Shown here: in pieces, positions 9,997 through 20,013 of the stretch | How positions within the stretch are numbered: position 1 is the stretch's first letter | Layout of the letters: each line of letters begins with the position of its first letter | Assembly: GCA_964525395.1 (NCBI GenBank) | Contig: CAZGGU010000002.1 | Coordinates: 30,263-94,262 of the forward strand | Direction of reading: 5' to 3' | From: an uncultured Gammaproteobacteria bacterium | Lineage (GTDB): Bacteria; Patescibacteriota; Microgenomatia; Levybacterales; UBA12049 | Length of the DNA stretch: 64,000 nucleotides | Program-made: the position numbers and the translations under genes | Notes under the pieces: model-generated | Told to the model about the DNA's origin: nothing | Databases searched by the model: none | The model's input: only the letters and a program-made list of their open reading frames with translations

Positions 9997-11349
9997 ATGT
10001 TATCCACAATTGATCAACTTTGGGAAAAAGTACTTGCCGAAATACAAACTGAAGTTTCAGGTGCCAACTTTTTAACACTCTTCAAAAACACCACACTTTT
10101 GTCCCTGGAGGATAAAGTTGCCACTATTTCCGCTCCTAGCCCTATGATAATTGATTTACTTAATAAGCGTTTTTATGAAATTACCAAGAAAGTAATCGAC
10201 AAACACACAGGGGAGGATGTAAAGATTATTTTTGTTCCTAAAGCCATACAAAAACCCAACACTAATCCAGCTGACCATGGCCCGCTTTTTTCTGCCTTAC
10301 AACCAGTAGAAAAACCTATTGGCCACCTGCCAAGAGTGCGCCCTGATTTTATTTTTCAAAATTTCGCTGTTTCGGGATCCAACCAGCTGGCTTTCGTTTC
10401 TGCGAATACTGTGGCTAAAAAATTAGGAACCACATATAATCCTCTGTTTATTTATGGTCCCGTAGGGGTGGGCAAAACCCACTTAATGCATGCTGTGGCC
10501 AACGAAGCATATGCAGATGATCCTAATAGAAAGATTATGTATATAACTAGTGAGGAGTTTACCAATGAGGTAGTTGAGGCAATTAGAACCAACGACACAG
10601 CAAGAATGAAGCGTAGATTTAGGAACTTAGACCTTATCATGATTGATGATATTCAGTTCGTAGCCGGCAAGGAAAGAGTACAAGAAGAACTTTTCCACAC
10701 CTTCAATATCTTGGTGGATAACCAGGCCCAGATTATCCTAACCTCAGACCGCCCACCCTCAGAACTCCGCAAGGTAGAAAAAAGATTAGTATCTCGTTTT
10801 TCTGGAGGGCTCACGGTCGATATTGATTCTCCTGATTATGAGCTGCGTTGCGCCATCCTGCTTACAAAGGCTAAAAAATTTAACTTTGATTTAGATATAG
10901 AGACCGCCAAGATAATTGCATCTAAAACGGAAGATACGAGAGAACTTGAAGGACTGCTTCTTCGAGTTATGTCAGAAGCATCAAGCGAGGAGGGAAACCT
11001 TAGTCCGGATATGGCTAAAAAGGCGCTTTCAGCTAAAAGAGAAACTCCTCGTACTATGTTTCCTGAAGAGGTAATTAAAATCCTTTGCGAGTTCTACGGC
11101 GTAAAGCCTACGGCTCTCAAAGGCGACAAAAGAGACGCCAAACTAGTGCGCGCTAGGCAAACTTGCATGTTTGTTCTTAAAAAAGAGGGGGGACTTACTT
11201 ATGCTGAGATTGGAAACCTTCTGGGAGGCAGGGACCACACTACAGTAATGCATGGAGTGGAAAAGATTGAACTACTTTTGGCTAACGAAAAATATACAGA
11301 AGAAGCCTTGGGAATAAAAGAAGTCCACACTAGGGCTGTGGAAAACTAA
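9997..11349 (+). CDS. dnaA: Chromosomal replication initiator DnaA
   Basis: YNPLFIYGPVGVGKTHL, IDDIQF, QEELFHTFN, GGRDHTTVMH. Confidence 0.98.
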   Translation: MLSTIDQLWEKVLAEIQTEVSGANFLTLFKNTTLLSLEDKVATISAPSPMIIDLLNKRFYEITKKVIDKHTGEDVKIIFVPKAIQKPNTNPADHGPLFSALQPVEKPIGHLPRVRPDFIFQNFAVSGSNQLAFVSANTVAKKLGTTYNPLFIYGPVGVGKTHLMHAVANEAYADDPNRKIMYITSEEFTNEVVEAIRTNDTARMKRRFRNLDLIMIDDIQFVAGKERVQEELFHTFNILVDNQAQIILTSDRPPSELRKVEKRLVSRFSGGLTVDIDSPDYELRCAILLTKAKKFNFDLDIETAKIIASKTEDTRELEGLLLRVMSEASSEEGNLSPDMAKKALSAKRETPRTMFPEEVIKILCEFYGVKPTALKGDKRDAKLVRARQTCMFVLKKEGGLTYAEIGNLLGGRDHTTVMHGVEKIELLLANEKYTEEALGIKEVHTRAVEN

Positions 11350-11495
11350 AATTATTATGCACAATCTGACTCACTCAAATCTAGGCACATTCCATCCACA
11401 TTACTTTTCCACCAGTTATCCACATAAATCTAGCCACACTTCGTTGCTTTTTTCCACTTTTCCTGGTAACCTACTACAACTACAAATTTATATAT
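11337..11495. other. Replication origin oriC (dnaA-dnaN intergenic)
   Basis: TTATCCACA 11416-11424, TTATGCACA 11355-11363, TGTGGAAAA 11337-11345 and further near-boxes; CTACTACAACTAC trio-like run 11471-11483, then an AT-only tract. Confidence 0.88.
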
Positions 11496-12614
11496 ATGTT
11501 TGAAATCACAATTCTCTCTGATAAGTTAAAGTCTGGATTGTCATTTGCTAACCATGCAATTTCTTCTAGATCTCAATTGCCAATTCTCTTGAATTTTCTC
11601 TTACAAACTAAAGACGGAAAACTGGAGATCCATGCAACAGACTTGGAAATAGGAATTATTTATAAGACTCCTGTAAAAATTGATGGAGAAGGGGGAGTAA
11701 CGGTTTCAGCTAAAACATTTCTCGATCTAGTATCTAGCGTAAACAAAGACAAGATATCTCTTAAGAAAGATGTAGATACGCTTTTCTTAACAGCAGAGAA
11801 ATTGAAAACTTCATTTCCAACCATCTCCGCTGCTGATTTCCCCAAACTATATTCTGAGCTAGGTGAAAAAAGAGCAGAGTTTGATAAAGATGCGCTCGAG
11901 AAAGAGTTGTCTAAGATCGTGTTTGCTGCTGCTATGGACGCAGCAAGACCAGAGCTATTAGGAGTTCTTATTAAACAGGAAAAGGGGAGTAAGGGTTTGA
12001 CTTTGGTAGCTACCGATGGATTTAGATTATCACTTAAAAAAGGTTTTGGTGGTGGATCAGTGGCTAGCGAGGAAGCCAGCTTCCTAATACCCGCAAGAGT
12101 TATCAAGGAAGCACTCAGTCTTAAGGATGATAAGCAAAAAATTGAAATTTACACCCCAGAATCTAGTAACCAAGTTATTTTTGATACACCCGAAGCTACA
12201 ATTGTTGGACGCCTGATTGAGGGGACATACCCTAATTACGAGAATATCATCCCTGAAGATTTTGCCACCAAAGTCGAATTTGATCGCGAAGAAGTTTTAA
12301 ACGCAGTAAGGCAATGTTCAATCTTTGCTCGTGAAGCTGCCAATATTATAAAAATGTCCATAATGAGCGATAAGGTCGTTTTTAGTGCATCGGCTTCAGC
12401 GGTTGGGGATAATGAAGTAGAGGTGGAGGCTAAAGTAGATGGGGAAGAAAATCAAATAGCTTTTAATTCTAAGTACCTTATCGATTTTTTAAATAGCATC
12501 ACTGATGAGAGAATTATTTTTCAAATGAATGGACCATTAACCTCTGGCGTATTTAAAATAGTGGGGGATGAATCGTTTTTGCATCTAATAATGCCTATTC
12601 AGATAAAAGATTAA
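11496..12614 (+). CDS. dnaN: DNA polymerase III beta sliding clamp
   Basis: ATDLEI, VATDGFRL, RLIEGTYPNY, IAFNSKYL, HLIMPI. Confidence 0.98.
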   Translation: MFEITILSDKLKSGLSFANHAISSRSQLPILLNFLLQTKDGKLEIHATDLEIGIIYKTPVKIDGEGGVTVSAKTFLDLVSSVNKDKISLKKDVDTLFLTAEKLKTSFPTISAADFPKLYSELGEKRAEFDKDALEKELSKIVFAAAMDAARPELLGVLIKQEKGSKGLTLVATDGFRLSLKKGFGGGSVASEEASFLIPARVIKEALSLKDDKQKIEIYTPESSNQVIFDTPEATIVGRLIEGTYPNYENIIPEDFATKVEFDREEVLNAVRQCSIFAREAANIIKMSIMSDKVVFSASASAVGDNEVEVEAKVDGEENQIAFNSKYLIDFLNSITDERIIFQMNGPLTSGVFKIVGDESFLHLIMPIQIKD

Positions 12615-13237
12615 TTTGCTTCAGCCGAAGGAGTAGTCGAGAGATTTAGCTCTGGTGCAATATTAACCATAAAACTCTGTTGATTTTGAGGAGCGAAATA
12701 TAATATTTCTCCGACATCTTTTCCATCACTTTTTATACCGACACCTTTAGTTAAGAAAATATCCCAAGGATAACCGTCGTTTAATTCAAATAGAGTCATG
12801 TTCGGTTTTCCATATTCTGACTTGAACTCAGAAACTGTCTTTCTATAATTCCCATAAACATTTTCAGTTGAATAAACAACTAGATTGTTTTTAACAAGAA
12901 TTACATTCTGGTGGGATTCAACTGGTGTTTTATAAAACAGGTAGGTTTTATCTGTAGTTCTTTTTATTTCATTTGCTTTGCCATTTATTTTTTGCGCCTC
13001 AGCAAAATTAGTTTTACCTGGGGTTATTTTATTAATTTGTGAGTATTCTGTTTCAAGCGCCTCTGTAGTAGAAGAATTTAGAGCTGGGGAAGGGGAGGGT
13101 GAATTATTCCCTCCTGGAACAAATGAAGTGCCGCTGACGATTGAAATTACCAATAGAATAAAGGCAATAATTGAGAATATGCCAATTAAAAACATTGTAA
13201 TTATTATTTTTTTGTCTGGTAAATCAAATCCATCCAT
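12611..13237 (-). CDS. Single-TM exported protein, possible SmpA/BamE-like repeats; last gene of T4SS operon
   Basis: N-terminal TM, Ser/Pro linker, ITPGKTNFAEAQKINGK and KTVSEFKSEYGKP motifs. Confidence 0.6.
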   Translation of the reverse strand: MDGFDLPDKKIIITMFLIGIFSIIAFILLVISIVSGTSFVPGGNNSPSPSPALNSSTTEALETEYSQINKITPGKTNFAEAQKINGKANEIKRTTDKTYLFYKTPVESHQNVILVKNNLVVYSTENVYGNYRKTVSEFKSEYGKPNMTLFELNDGYPWDIFLTKGVGIKSDGKDVGEILYFAPQNQQSFMVNIAPELNLSTTPSAEAN

Positions 13238-13953
13238 TATTTAAAAGAATATCCTCCAAATATATTATTTTTCACCCAATTTTCTCCGATAGGGCAGCTT
13301 CTGCTCCCCTGAGAAACAATTTGATCTGCCATAAATTCAGCCATACTCTCATTTGAGCCGCTTATATTTCTACCCAAGCTTCTTGCATAGGATGTGTCAT
13401 ATGTGTAGAAAAAATAAGGCGGAAACAATCCAGAAGCAAAAGTGTAGCAGTTTTTGTCCTTGTTGTATGCTTGAGATTCAAATTGTTGAAAAAGCCTCAT
13501 GTGGCCATTTCTAATAATGTGACCAGATTCATGAACTAGTCTTGCTTTTCTCTCGCTATTGCTTGCACAGCTTAAGCTATAACTTCTCAATGTTAGCGTA
13601 CTTGTTCCATCACCGTTGGATTGAACAGTTGCGGGGCATCCTCCTTCGCCAGTTGATATAAATTCAAGTCTGGTTGGGCCTGAACTCCTCAATAATTGTT
13701 TATATTTGGGAGCAGCTGATGCTTCAAGATATATTTTATAGACATCCTGAAGATATGCTTTAGGAGGATTCCCTTGTACTATTATGTTGAAGTCATCTCT
13801 TAAGCATTTAGCGGGATTGTCTAAGCAGGCTTGTGTGGGTTTTACTCCACTTCCAACAATAAGCCTTAAGACTGACTGATCAGCTGCGCGAGCGCTTGAA
13901 GAACTTATCAATAAAAGAAAAATTGGTAAGAAAATTATTAAGATTTTTTTCAT
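13237..13953 (-). CDS. Secreted putative zinc metallopeptidase
   Basis: Signal peptide; LVHESGH (HEXXH) with downstream NESMAE. Confidence 0.65.
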   Translation of the reverse strand: MKKILIIFLPIFLLLISSSSARAADQSVLRLIVGSGVKPTQACLDNPAKCLRDDFNIIVQGNPPKAYLQDVYKIYLEASAAPKYKQLLRSSGPTRLEFISTGEGGCPATVQSNGDGTSTLTLRSYSLSCASNSERKARLVHESGHIIRNGHMRLFQQFESQAYNKDKNCYTFASGLFPPYFFYTYDTSYARSLGRNISGSNESMAEFMADQIVSQGSRSCPIGENWVKNNIFGGYSFK

Positions 13954-15950
13954 GATTTACCCTCCTGTGCAGTACAAGCGCTACAAGATCCACTCGGAGA
14001 TCTTACTTCACCTCGTCTTATTATATCCTTGCATGCGCTAGTATTTTTAAATTTATCATAGTAACAAAGACATCTGGCGGTTCCCCAATAGCTAAAGTTT
14101 TTTCCATCCCTGGCCAAGGAGTTGTTATATGACACAGCGTTTTCTACCTGTTTTTGCCAAGTCACGTCTCCGCGGTCATCAGCCTGAGTCCAAATCTTGA
14201 ATGGGTTAGGGAAGCTTCTTCTCATCTGGAACTTTCCCCATGATCCCCCCGCGCCGTTTCGCCCATAACCGTTTGGCGTATTGGTCTCACATTTGGCAAT
14301 CGATTTCCACATGTTTTGATTAGCCACGTTTGCCTCTGTTTGCTCAATTACTCTGTTTAATTTAGCTTCTGAATATGTGCATAACGGATCACCGAAATTG
14401 GTTGCAGAGGACTGGGGAAAATCTTTTTTAAGAGTAGTCATAATTTCCCGATATTTACCGTTGCAGGTGTTATTGCTTGGCCTAGCTGTAGCGCCTTCAA
14501 ACAGTCCGCCATTTTCTCCGGAGGTGCCTCCATCATTGGTAAGTGTCACGCCACTCATGGTCAGAATCATGCTCGTGGCGCCTGTATCAGTTTGCAGGGT
14601 CCCGCTAACTGTAAATTCATAGTGTCTTTTGGTTCCACCTGTGTTTGGCAGGCTCCACTGATAGATAAAATAGGTAGTATCTACGGGAACGCTAATTATT
14701 TTAGGTTTAGGATTGTCTGGTGTTTCAATGTTTGCGAAAAATCTATTACTGATTTGAACATTGGCCTTTAAGTTGCTTGGGTTAGTATCGAGCTTAGCGG
14801 TGTCAACATCGATGATTACTTTTACTGAAACCTTATCGCCTTTACTTCCTGCTGGGCAGTTTACTCTGCAGCCATCTGCTGTAGCAAGATAAGCCTCGCC
14901 CCCCACAAAAGTGACAGAGGTGGGTTTTTCCTGTGGACCCGGTGGCGGCTGTGTGACTTGATCAGGGTTATTGCCACAATAGTTTGCTCCGAAAAAGTCT
15001 CCAATCGGATTATTCACTACGCTACAGCCCAGTATTAGTATAATTATTACTAGTAGAAAAATTGCAAATATTACTCCCACCACAGGTCCCCATATCTCGA
15101 TTGTGGAAAGTAGTGTTCTGGCTACTGCTTTTTTGCCTTGAGACTTCAAAGTCTTTCCTAAAGCTTTTTTGGTTATTCTACCCCTTTTTCTCAGAGCTCT
15201 TCCGGCCGGCCTTGCTTTTGATGGAGCAGTGGACACTTGAGGTGTTGATTGCGGTTCTGGGAGCGGTTCTGGTATGGGTTCAGACCTTCCCCAGTCATCG
15301 AAATTGCTTGGGATGATTTCGGGATCAGGATAGTAGCCAATTTCAGATATAGACGGGGTGGTAGCGCTTGGGGTGGTGGTTGCGTTTTGTTTGGTAGCTT
15401 CTTGCGCACTGTTTTCTTGCTGAGGATTCAAGGAGACTGAAGGAACGCTTGATTCAATTTCGCCCCATTCAGATTTAAGTTGAGCTAAATCCTGCGGAGT
15501 AGTTTCAGAAATTTTTTCCCCAGCTTTTTGCATTTGGTCAAAGCGCGTCTTGGGTTGGGTGGGAGCATTTTCGATCGAAGTATTATTTGGTTTATCTTTT
15601 TTCTCTTCTGCTTCTGGTTTTTTAGGCTCAGGTTTTGGCTTTGGGGCAAAAGGCGCGTCCCATCCCGAAAGCGCATTGCTAAATACATTTCCCCCTGGAG
15701 TTTCTTTAGGCATTTCCTTAATCTCAGGTTTTTCTGGTTCAGGGGCTTGAATTCTTGATGCTAGCCAATCTTGTCGGGCAAGAAGTGTGCCCGGAATGTC
15801 TCTTATTCCTTTAGAGCGTAAAACTGCCTCAAGGTCTACCTGGGAACCACTCAGTGCAATTTCTTTTTCTTGCGGGGTAAGTAGGCTATAAACAAGCTCA
15901 AAACGCCTAGAGTTTCTTAGTCTTTTCTCAGCTGTAGGATCGTTTGCCAT
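13950..15950 (-). CDS. T4SS-associated membrane protein with C-terminal lysozyme/lytic-transglycosylase-like domain (VirB1 analogue)
   Basis: Pro-rich N-terminal half, TM, then WKSIAKCETN...GSWGKFQM resembling the SLT/Rpf Glu and G-x-x-Q motifs; directly after virB4. Confidence 0.6.
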   Translation of the reverse strand: MANDPTAEKRLRNSRRFELVYSLLTPQEKEIALSGSQVDLEAVLRSKGIRDIPGTLLARQDWLASRIQAPEPEKPEIKEMPKETPGGNVFSNALSGWDAPFAPKPKPEPKKPEAEEKKDKPNNTSIENAPTQPKTRFDQMQKAGEKISETTPQDLAQLKSEWGEIESSVPSVSLNPQQENSAQEATKQNATTTPSATTPSISEIGYYPDPEIIPSNFDDWGRSEPIPEPLPEPQSTPQVSTAPSKARPAGRALRKRGRITKKALGKTLKSQGKKAVARTLLSTIEIWGPVVGVIFAIFLLVIIILILGCSVVNNPIGDFFGANYCGNNPDQVTQPPPGPQEKPTSVTFVGGEAYLATADGCRVNCPAGSKGDKVSVKVIIDVDTAKLDTNPSNLKANVQISNRFFANIETPDNPKPKIISVPVDTTYFIYQWSLPNTGGTKRHYEFTVSGTLQTDTGATSMILTMSGVTLTNDGGTSGENGGLFEGATARPSNNTCNGKYREIMTTLKKDFPQSSATNFGDPLCTYSEAKLNRVIEQTEANVANQNMWKSIAKCETNTPNGYGRNGAGGSWGKFQMRRSFPNPFKIWTQADDRGDVTWQKQVENAVSYNNSLARDGKNFSYWGTARCLCYYDKFKNTSACKDIIRRGEVRSPSGSCSACTAQEGKS

Positions 15951-15953
15951 ATG

Positions 15954-17987
15954 TTAGAAAGTTTTAGTTGCATCATTAATGTTTTGACTAGGTAGAGGTG
16001 ATTCTGGCGCTGATTGAAAGCCAAAATCAACCGGAGCTGATGGTTGATGGGATGCAGGCGGAATGGGTGCAGGTTGGGTTGGGCTTGCAGCCTCAATATT
16101 CAGATTAGGGTTGGTTGTTATTTCTACTTTTTCTTCTTGGGGATGAGATTCGATGGCTGAGCCAAATTGTGATTCCAGTGTATTGTCAGGGCGCTGCTCT
16201 TGTTCTTTAAGTGCTTTTAGTTTGAGAACTTCTTCGGGATTGGAAGTAATAAGTTCATGTTCAAATGGCGCAGCCAAAACCTTCATGGCCACATGACTTT
16301 GGCCAGCGAAGAATAATCCTTCACCGATGTTGGCAGAGAGCAAGAGTTGTTTTTCTTGTTCGGAAAGATAGAAAATATTTGATACCAAATCAATCTGCGT
16401 TGGGCTTTGTTTCAGCAGCATTTGAATAGATGAGTTTGAAAGTACAGCCTTGCCGTAATCATTGGACAAAAAGTCCTGAACATCCTGTGTTGCAGTAGTT
16501 AGAGCAAGGTAATATTTACGAGCTCGCTTAGCAATTCCGTGTACAAAAGAAGCTGAATCTTGATACTTCATTAAATACCATGCCTCATCTAAGACTAGTA
16601 GGCGTTTTTTAAGATCTTTTCTTACCTTGGTCCAAATAAAATCAAGAATGATATGCATTGCCACAGGACGTAGTTGATCTTCAAGTCCTTGCGTTGAGAA
16701 AATAGTCAAAGGATTTTTAATATCAAAGTTAGACTGCTGATTAAATATTCCAGCCATGCTGCCTTTAATAAATTTCTCAAGCCTGAGAGCCAAGTCTCTA
16801 GCAATAGGATCTTCTGTGCCAAGCAAGACCTTGTATAAATCTTCCATAAGGGGTGGTTCTTTAGTTTGCGTTGAAGGATCAGGGGTAATTCCTTTTTGAC
16901 GATAGGTTTCCACTAGCGCGCGGTCAAGAATGGCGTCATGTTGTGCGTCAATGTCTCCCAAAACAATCCTGAGTAGGGCGTGCAGAGACAGGATTTTTAG
17001 TCCTAGTTCGTTTTCCCCCTCTTCGTATCTTCCTGAAAGATCAAAAGGATTAATCTTAATAGGTGAGGCTGGGGTAAACTCTACATATTCTCCTCCCATA
17101 GCTCGCGTAAGCTCTCCATACTCGCCTTCAGGGTCAATAACGATAACCTCTGTACCAAACATAAACTGCCTCATGATTTCTAGCTTGATCAAATAAGATT
17201 TTCCAGATCCTGACTTTCCGAATACTACCTCATTGCCGTTCTCAAGAGAATATCGATCAAAGACTATTAATGAGCCATTGAGTTGATTAATGCCATACAT
17301 GACGCCCTTATCTTGAGTAAGTGTGGCTGATGTGAAGGGAAAGGTGGATGCAAGACTGGTAGTGTCCATATTGCGCGTGAGAAGAAGCTCATCTCGCGCT
17401 AAAGGCACAGTGGATTTAAATCCCTCCTCCATCTGTAATGTTGAAGGTTTAGCGGTCAAGAGAATTGAAGCAAGAAGGGTCTTGAGTCTTTTTCCTGCTT
17501 CTTTTAGTTCTTCTAAATCATCAGCAACGAGTGTTACATAGAGGCTAAATTGGAAAAATCTCTCAATACCTTTGGCAAGCTCCTCTTGAACGGCAAGCGC
17601 ATCTTCGAGAGAGGCTTGAACTGTGGGATCCAAAACTTTTCCATCTTCTTCTTGCTTGGAAAGCGTAGCTTCCATTTCAGCGATTTTTCTTCTTAAGTCT
17701 CCCAAAATATCTCCAGATGACTGAGGATAGCAAAACATGGAGATGTTTAGTGATTGATCAAAATCAATTAAAGGCTCTAGCCAATTCGGCGAAACGTATC
17801 TTGGATATCCAACCACGAAAAATGTTTTAAAATATTTTTCTCCGACGCGAATGTGTCCGAAATCGACCTCTACGGATGGGGGAGCGATAATGTCAGTCAC
17901 ACTGTTCATTCCACGCTCGAAATGCTCAAGTGGTTTATTCGTTTTGGTTGGCATTGGAACAACAGGAGCTTTTTTTCGTCCAAACAT
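15954..17987 (-). CDS. virB4: VirB4/ConE-like T4SS ATPase
   Basis: GKSGSGKS Walker A, VIDPEGEY, INPFD, LVLDEAW, KRARKY, ATQDVQDF. Confidence 0.93.
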   Translation of the reverse strand: MFGRKKAPVVPMPTKTNKPLEHFERGMNSVTDIIAPPSVEVDFGHIRVGEKYFKTFFVVGYPRYVSPNWLEPLIDFDQSLNISMFCYPQSSGDILGDLRRKIAEMEATLSKQEEDGKVLDPTVQASLEDALAVQEELAKGIERFFQFSLYVTLVADDLEELKEAGKRLKTLLASILLTAKPSTLQMEEGFKSTVPLARDELLLTRNMDTTSLASTFPFTSATLTQDKGVMYGINQLNGSLIVFDRYSLENGNEVVFGKSGSGKSYLIKLEIMRQFMFGTEVIVIDPEGEYGELTRAMGGEYVEFTPASPIKINPFDLSGRYEEGENELGLKILSLHALLRIVLGDIDAQHDAILDRALVETYRQKGITPDPSTQTKEPPLMEDLYKVLLGTEDPIARDLALRLEKFIKGSMAGIFNQQSNFDIKNPLTIFSTQGLEDQLRPVAMHIILDFIWTKVRKDLKKRLLVLDEAWYLMKYQDSASFVHGIAKRARKYYLALTTATQDVQDFLSNDYGKAVLSNSSIQMLLKQSPTQIDLVSNIFYLSEQEKQLLLSANIGEGLFFAGQSHVAMKVLAAPFEHELITSNPEEVLKLKALKEQEQRPDNTLESQFGSAIESHPQEEKVEITTNPNLNIEAASPTQPAPIPPASHQPSAPVDFGFQSAPESPLPSQNINDATKTF

Positions 17988-18649
17988 TATTTATTTCCTC
18001 CCTTCACAGTTTTTGCTGATACGTATGGATTATGAATTCCGTCGGTAAGGTTAGAGCGTCCAGCTTCTTCATTGAACGATTCATAGTAAAGCTCAATTAG
18101 CTCCTCTTTCTCTAGAACTTTTGACTTAAGGCCAACGCGCTGAAGTTCTTGCATAAGAGAACGTGCTTTTGAGACAAGCATAGGCTTGGCTTCTTTAGCA
18201 AAATCTTCTTTATTTCTAATATTGGTCACTGCTCCTGCGCCCTTTTCCAGAAAAGAATAGGTAAAAACAAGATAAAATTTCTTATCAAGGACTGTTTCTT
18301 TTTGGATAAGGTTGGCTACAAAATCCTTATAGAGAAGGATGTGTTTGGAAAGTAGGGGATTGTTCGTTTTCTTTGACTCTGCGTCTAGAAGATGAACGTA
18401 GGAGCTAATATCAAGCTTTCTGGAAACAATCAGAATCTGAATTGGGTAAGAAAGTGAATTTAGGAAAGAAGCATACGAGAGAATTTTAACTTGCTGCTCC
18501 TCAGGCGACTGCAAAGCGAAGTTGGTAGCGGTAATTTCTAGAACCATGCATGCCTGATTGCCGGGTAAAACCACTACGCTCTCGAATATGTCCTGAATTT
18601 CAATAAAGCGTTGAGTGGTTGTATTTATTTTTTGGGCAGATTTGCTCAT
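17987..18649 (-). CDS. Conserved T4SS accessory protein (TraC/VirB4 N-terminal-like)
   Basis: TTQRFIEIQDI, NFALQSPEEQ...FLNSLSYPIQI; lies between prgI and virB4. Confidence 0.75.
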   Translation of the reverse strand: MSKSAQKINTTTQRFIEIQDIFESVVVLPGNQACMVLEITATNFALQSPEEQQVKILSYASFLNSLSYPIQILIVSRKLDISSYVHLLDAESKKTNNPLLSKHILLYKDFVANLIQKETVLDKKFYLVFTYSFLEKGAGAVTNIRNKEDFAKEAKPMLVSKARSLMQELQRVGLKSKVLEKEELIELYYESFNEEAGRSNLTDGIHNPYVSAKTVKGGNK

Positions 18650-19885
18650 TTAGTTAAAAAGCTCCCTCCTAAGCTCTTCCCTTTTATCCACCGAAGTTAC
18701 TTCAATTGGCATAATTGGATGACCGGTTGCTTCGATTTGAACAATGTCGAATTTATTTTCTTCTTTAGGGTCTTCAAAGCTCAGGAAATATTTGCCATTT
18801 GAAACAGAGGTGGCTGAAGCAAATTGACCAAGGCCATTGGTTTTAAATGCTCTGACAGGATTATCTTCTTCGTCTTTTACTTCAACTAATACGTTCTGAA
18901 GTGGATTTCCTCTCGGGTCTTTTACAATTCCAGTGATAAGATTGGGCGCTTCAGGCATGCTAAGAACTCCTGCAGCCTTGGTTTGATTTGGCGCCACTTG
19001 CTTTACTCTTGGTTCCTGAGTTGCTTGAGGTGCTGGAGGGTTGGGCTGGCTCGTTGGCTGAGCAGGAATCACTGGAGGAGTTGAATGATCCTCAAGCTTA
19101 GAGTTGATCTTAAGAACCTCTCGCTCTAGTTCTTCTTTTTGACGAGTTGCTTCAGCAAGCATTTTTTCTAACTCTGCGATTTTTTGATCAGCAGCATCTT
19201 GATTTACGGCTGGAGCGGTTTGCTCAAGTGTTTTGCTTGCCTCAATTTGTTTTTCAAGAATCGCAGTTTCTGCATCTATTTTTTTCTCTGCAGCTTCCAC
19301 TTTTGCCTTTTGCTCTTGGTCTAGTTGATCTTGTTGAGCTTTTTCTTGAGCGGCTCTAGCAAGCTCGTCTGCGCTTGGTTGATTAGGAGTAGGAGCTACT
19401 TGTGCTGGCGCTGGGACTGGAGCTTGAATTGGTTGGATTTGTTGAACAGGTTGAGCTGAGATTTGATTTAATTCAATAGTTTGCATAACGGGAATATTTG
19501 GTGCTTGAACTGGCACGTGTGGCGCAGGCAAGGGGATGACTTGGGGTATCTGCTTCTCGGAAACTGTTTGCTTCTGGGTTTTAGTGATATCTCCACCATC
19601 TTTTCCATAAATATATTTCGTGGGGGAAAGCATGGCTCTGAAAAGATTGATAAACATAGTGTCCATTGGGCGTCCGTCCACGGGAACGAAGGTAAAGATT
19701 ATTCCTATAGTTACAATCACAATTGAGATTGGCCAAGAAATGATGTGAGGAATTGGCAACAGGAAAGAGATAAACCAGCCAATCAAAACGACAACTGCCA
19801 AATACACAAACTGCCTAACGGTCATAGAACCGATAAGCTTAAATTGAAAGCCTGTAATGTCTTGGGGAATTGGGTGATTCTCCAT
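18650..19885 (-). CDS. PrgI-family (VirB3-like) protein with coiled coil and C-terminal carboxypeptidase-regulatory-like domain
   Basis: HPIPQDITGFQFKLIGSMTVRQF, two TMs, GRPMD; C-terminal GIVKD..G.PL.NV.VEV...TNGLGQF. Confidence 0.85.
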   Translation of the reverse strand: MENHPIPQDITGFQFKLIGSMTVRQFVYLAVVVLIGWFISFLLPIPHIISWPISIVIVTIGIIFTFVPVDGRPMDTMFINLFRAMLSPTKYIYGKDGGDITKTQKQTVSEKQIPQVIPLPAPHVPVQAPNIPVMQTIELNQISAQPVQQIQPIQAPVPAPAQVAPTPNQPSADELARAAQEKAQQDQLDQEQKAKVEAAEKKIDAETAILEKQIEASKTLEQTAPAVNQDAADQKIAELEKMLAEATRQKEELEREVLKINSKLEDHSTPPVIPAQPTSQPNPPAPQATQEPRVKQVAPNQTKAAGVLSMPEAPNLITGIVKDPRGNPLQNVLVEVKDEEDNPVRAFKTNGLGQFASATSVSNGKYFLSFEDPKEENKFDIVQIEATGHPIMPIEVTSVDKREELRRELFN

Positions 19886-19924
19886 CTATTCTCTTTCCCT
19901 GCCTAATATTAACAATAGAATAAT

Positions 19925-20003
19925 ATGTGAAAAATCCCATTTCAAGGCTATCGAAATAGATCAGGTTTAGAAGAAATTGGCCTTAAATGTGAAAAGCCAT
20001 TTC
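19925..20003 (-). promoter_or_regulatory. prgI-virB4 operon promoter with duplicated operator-like motif
   Basis: Minus-strand TTGAAA-17-TATTCT; ATGTGAAAAATCCCATTTC (19925-19943) and ATGTGAAAAGCCATTTC (19987-20003). Confidence 0.5.
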
Positions 20004-20013
20004 TGACTAGAAG

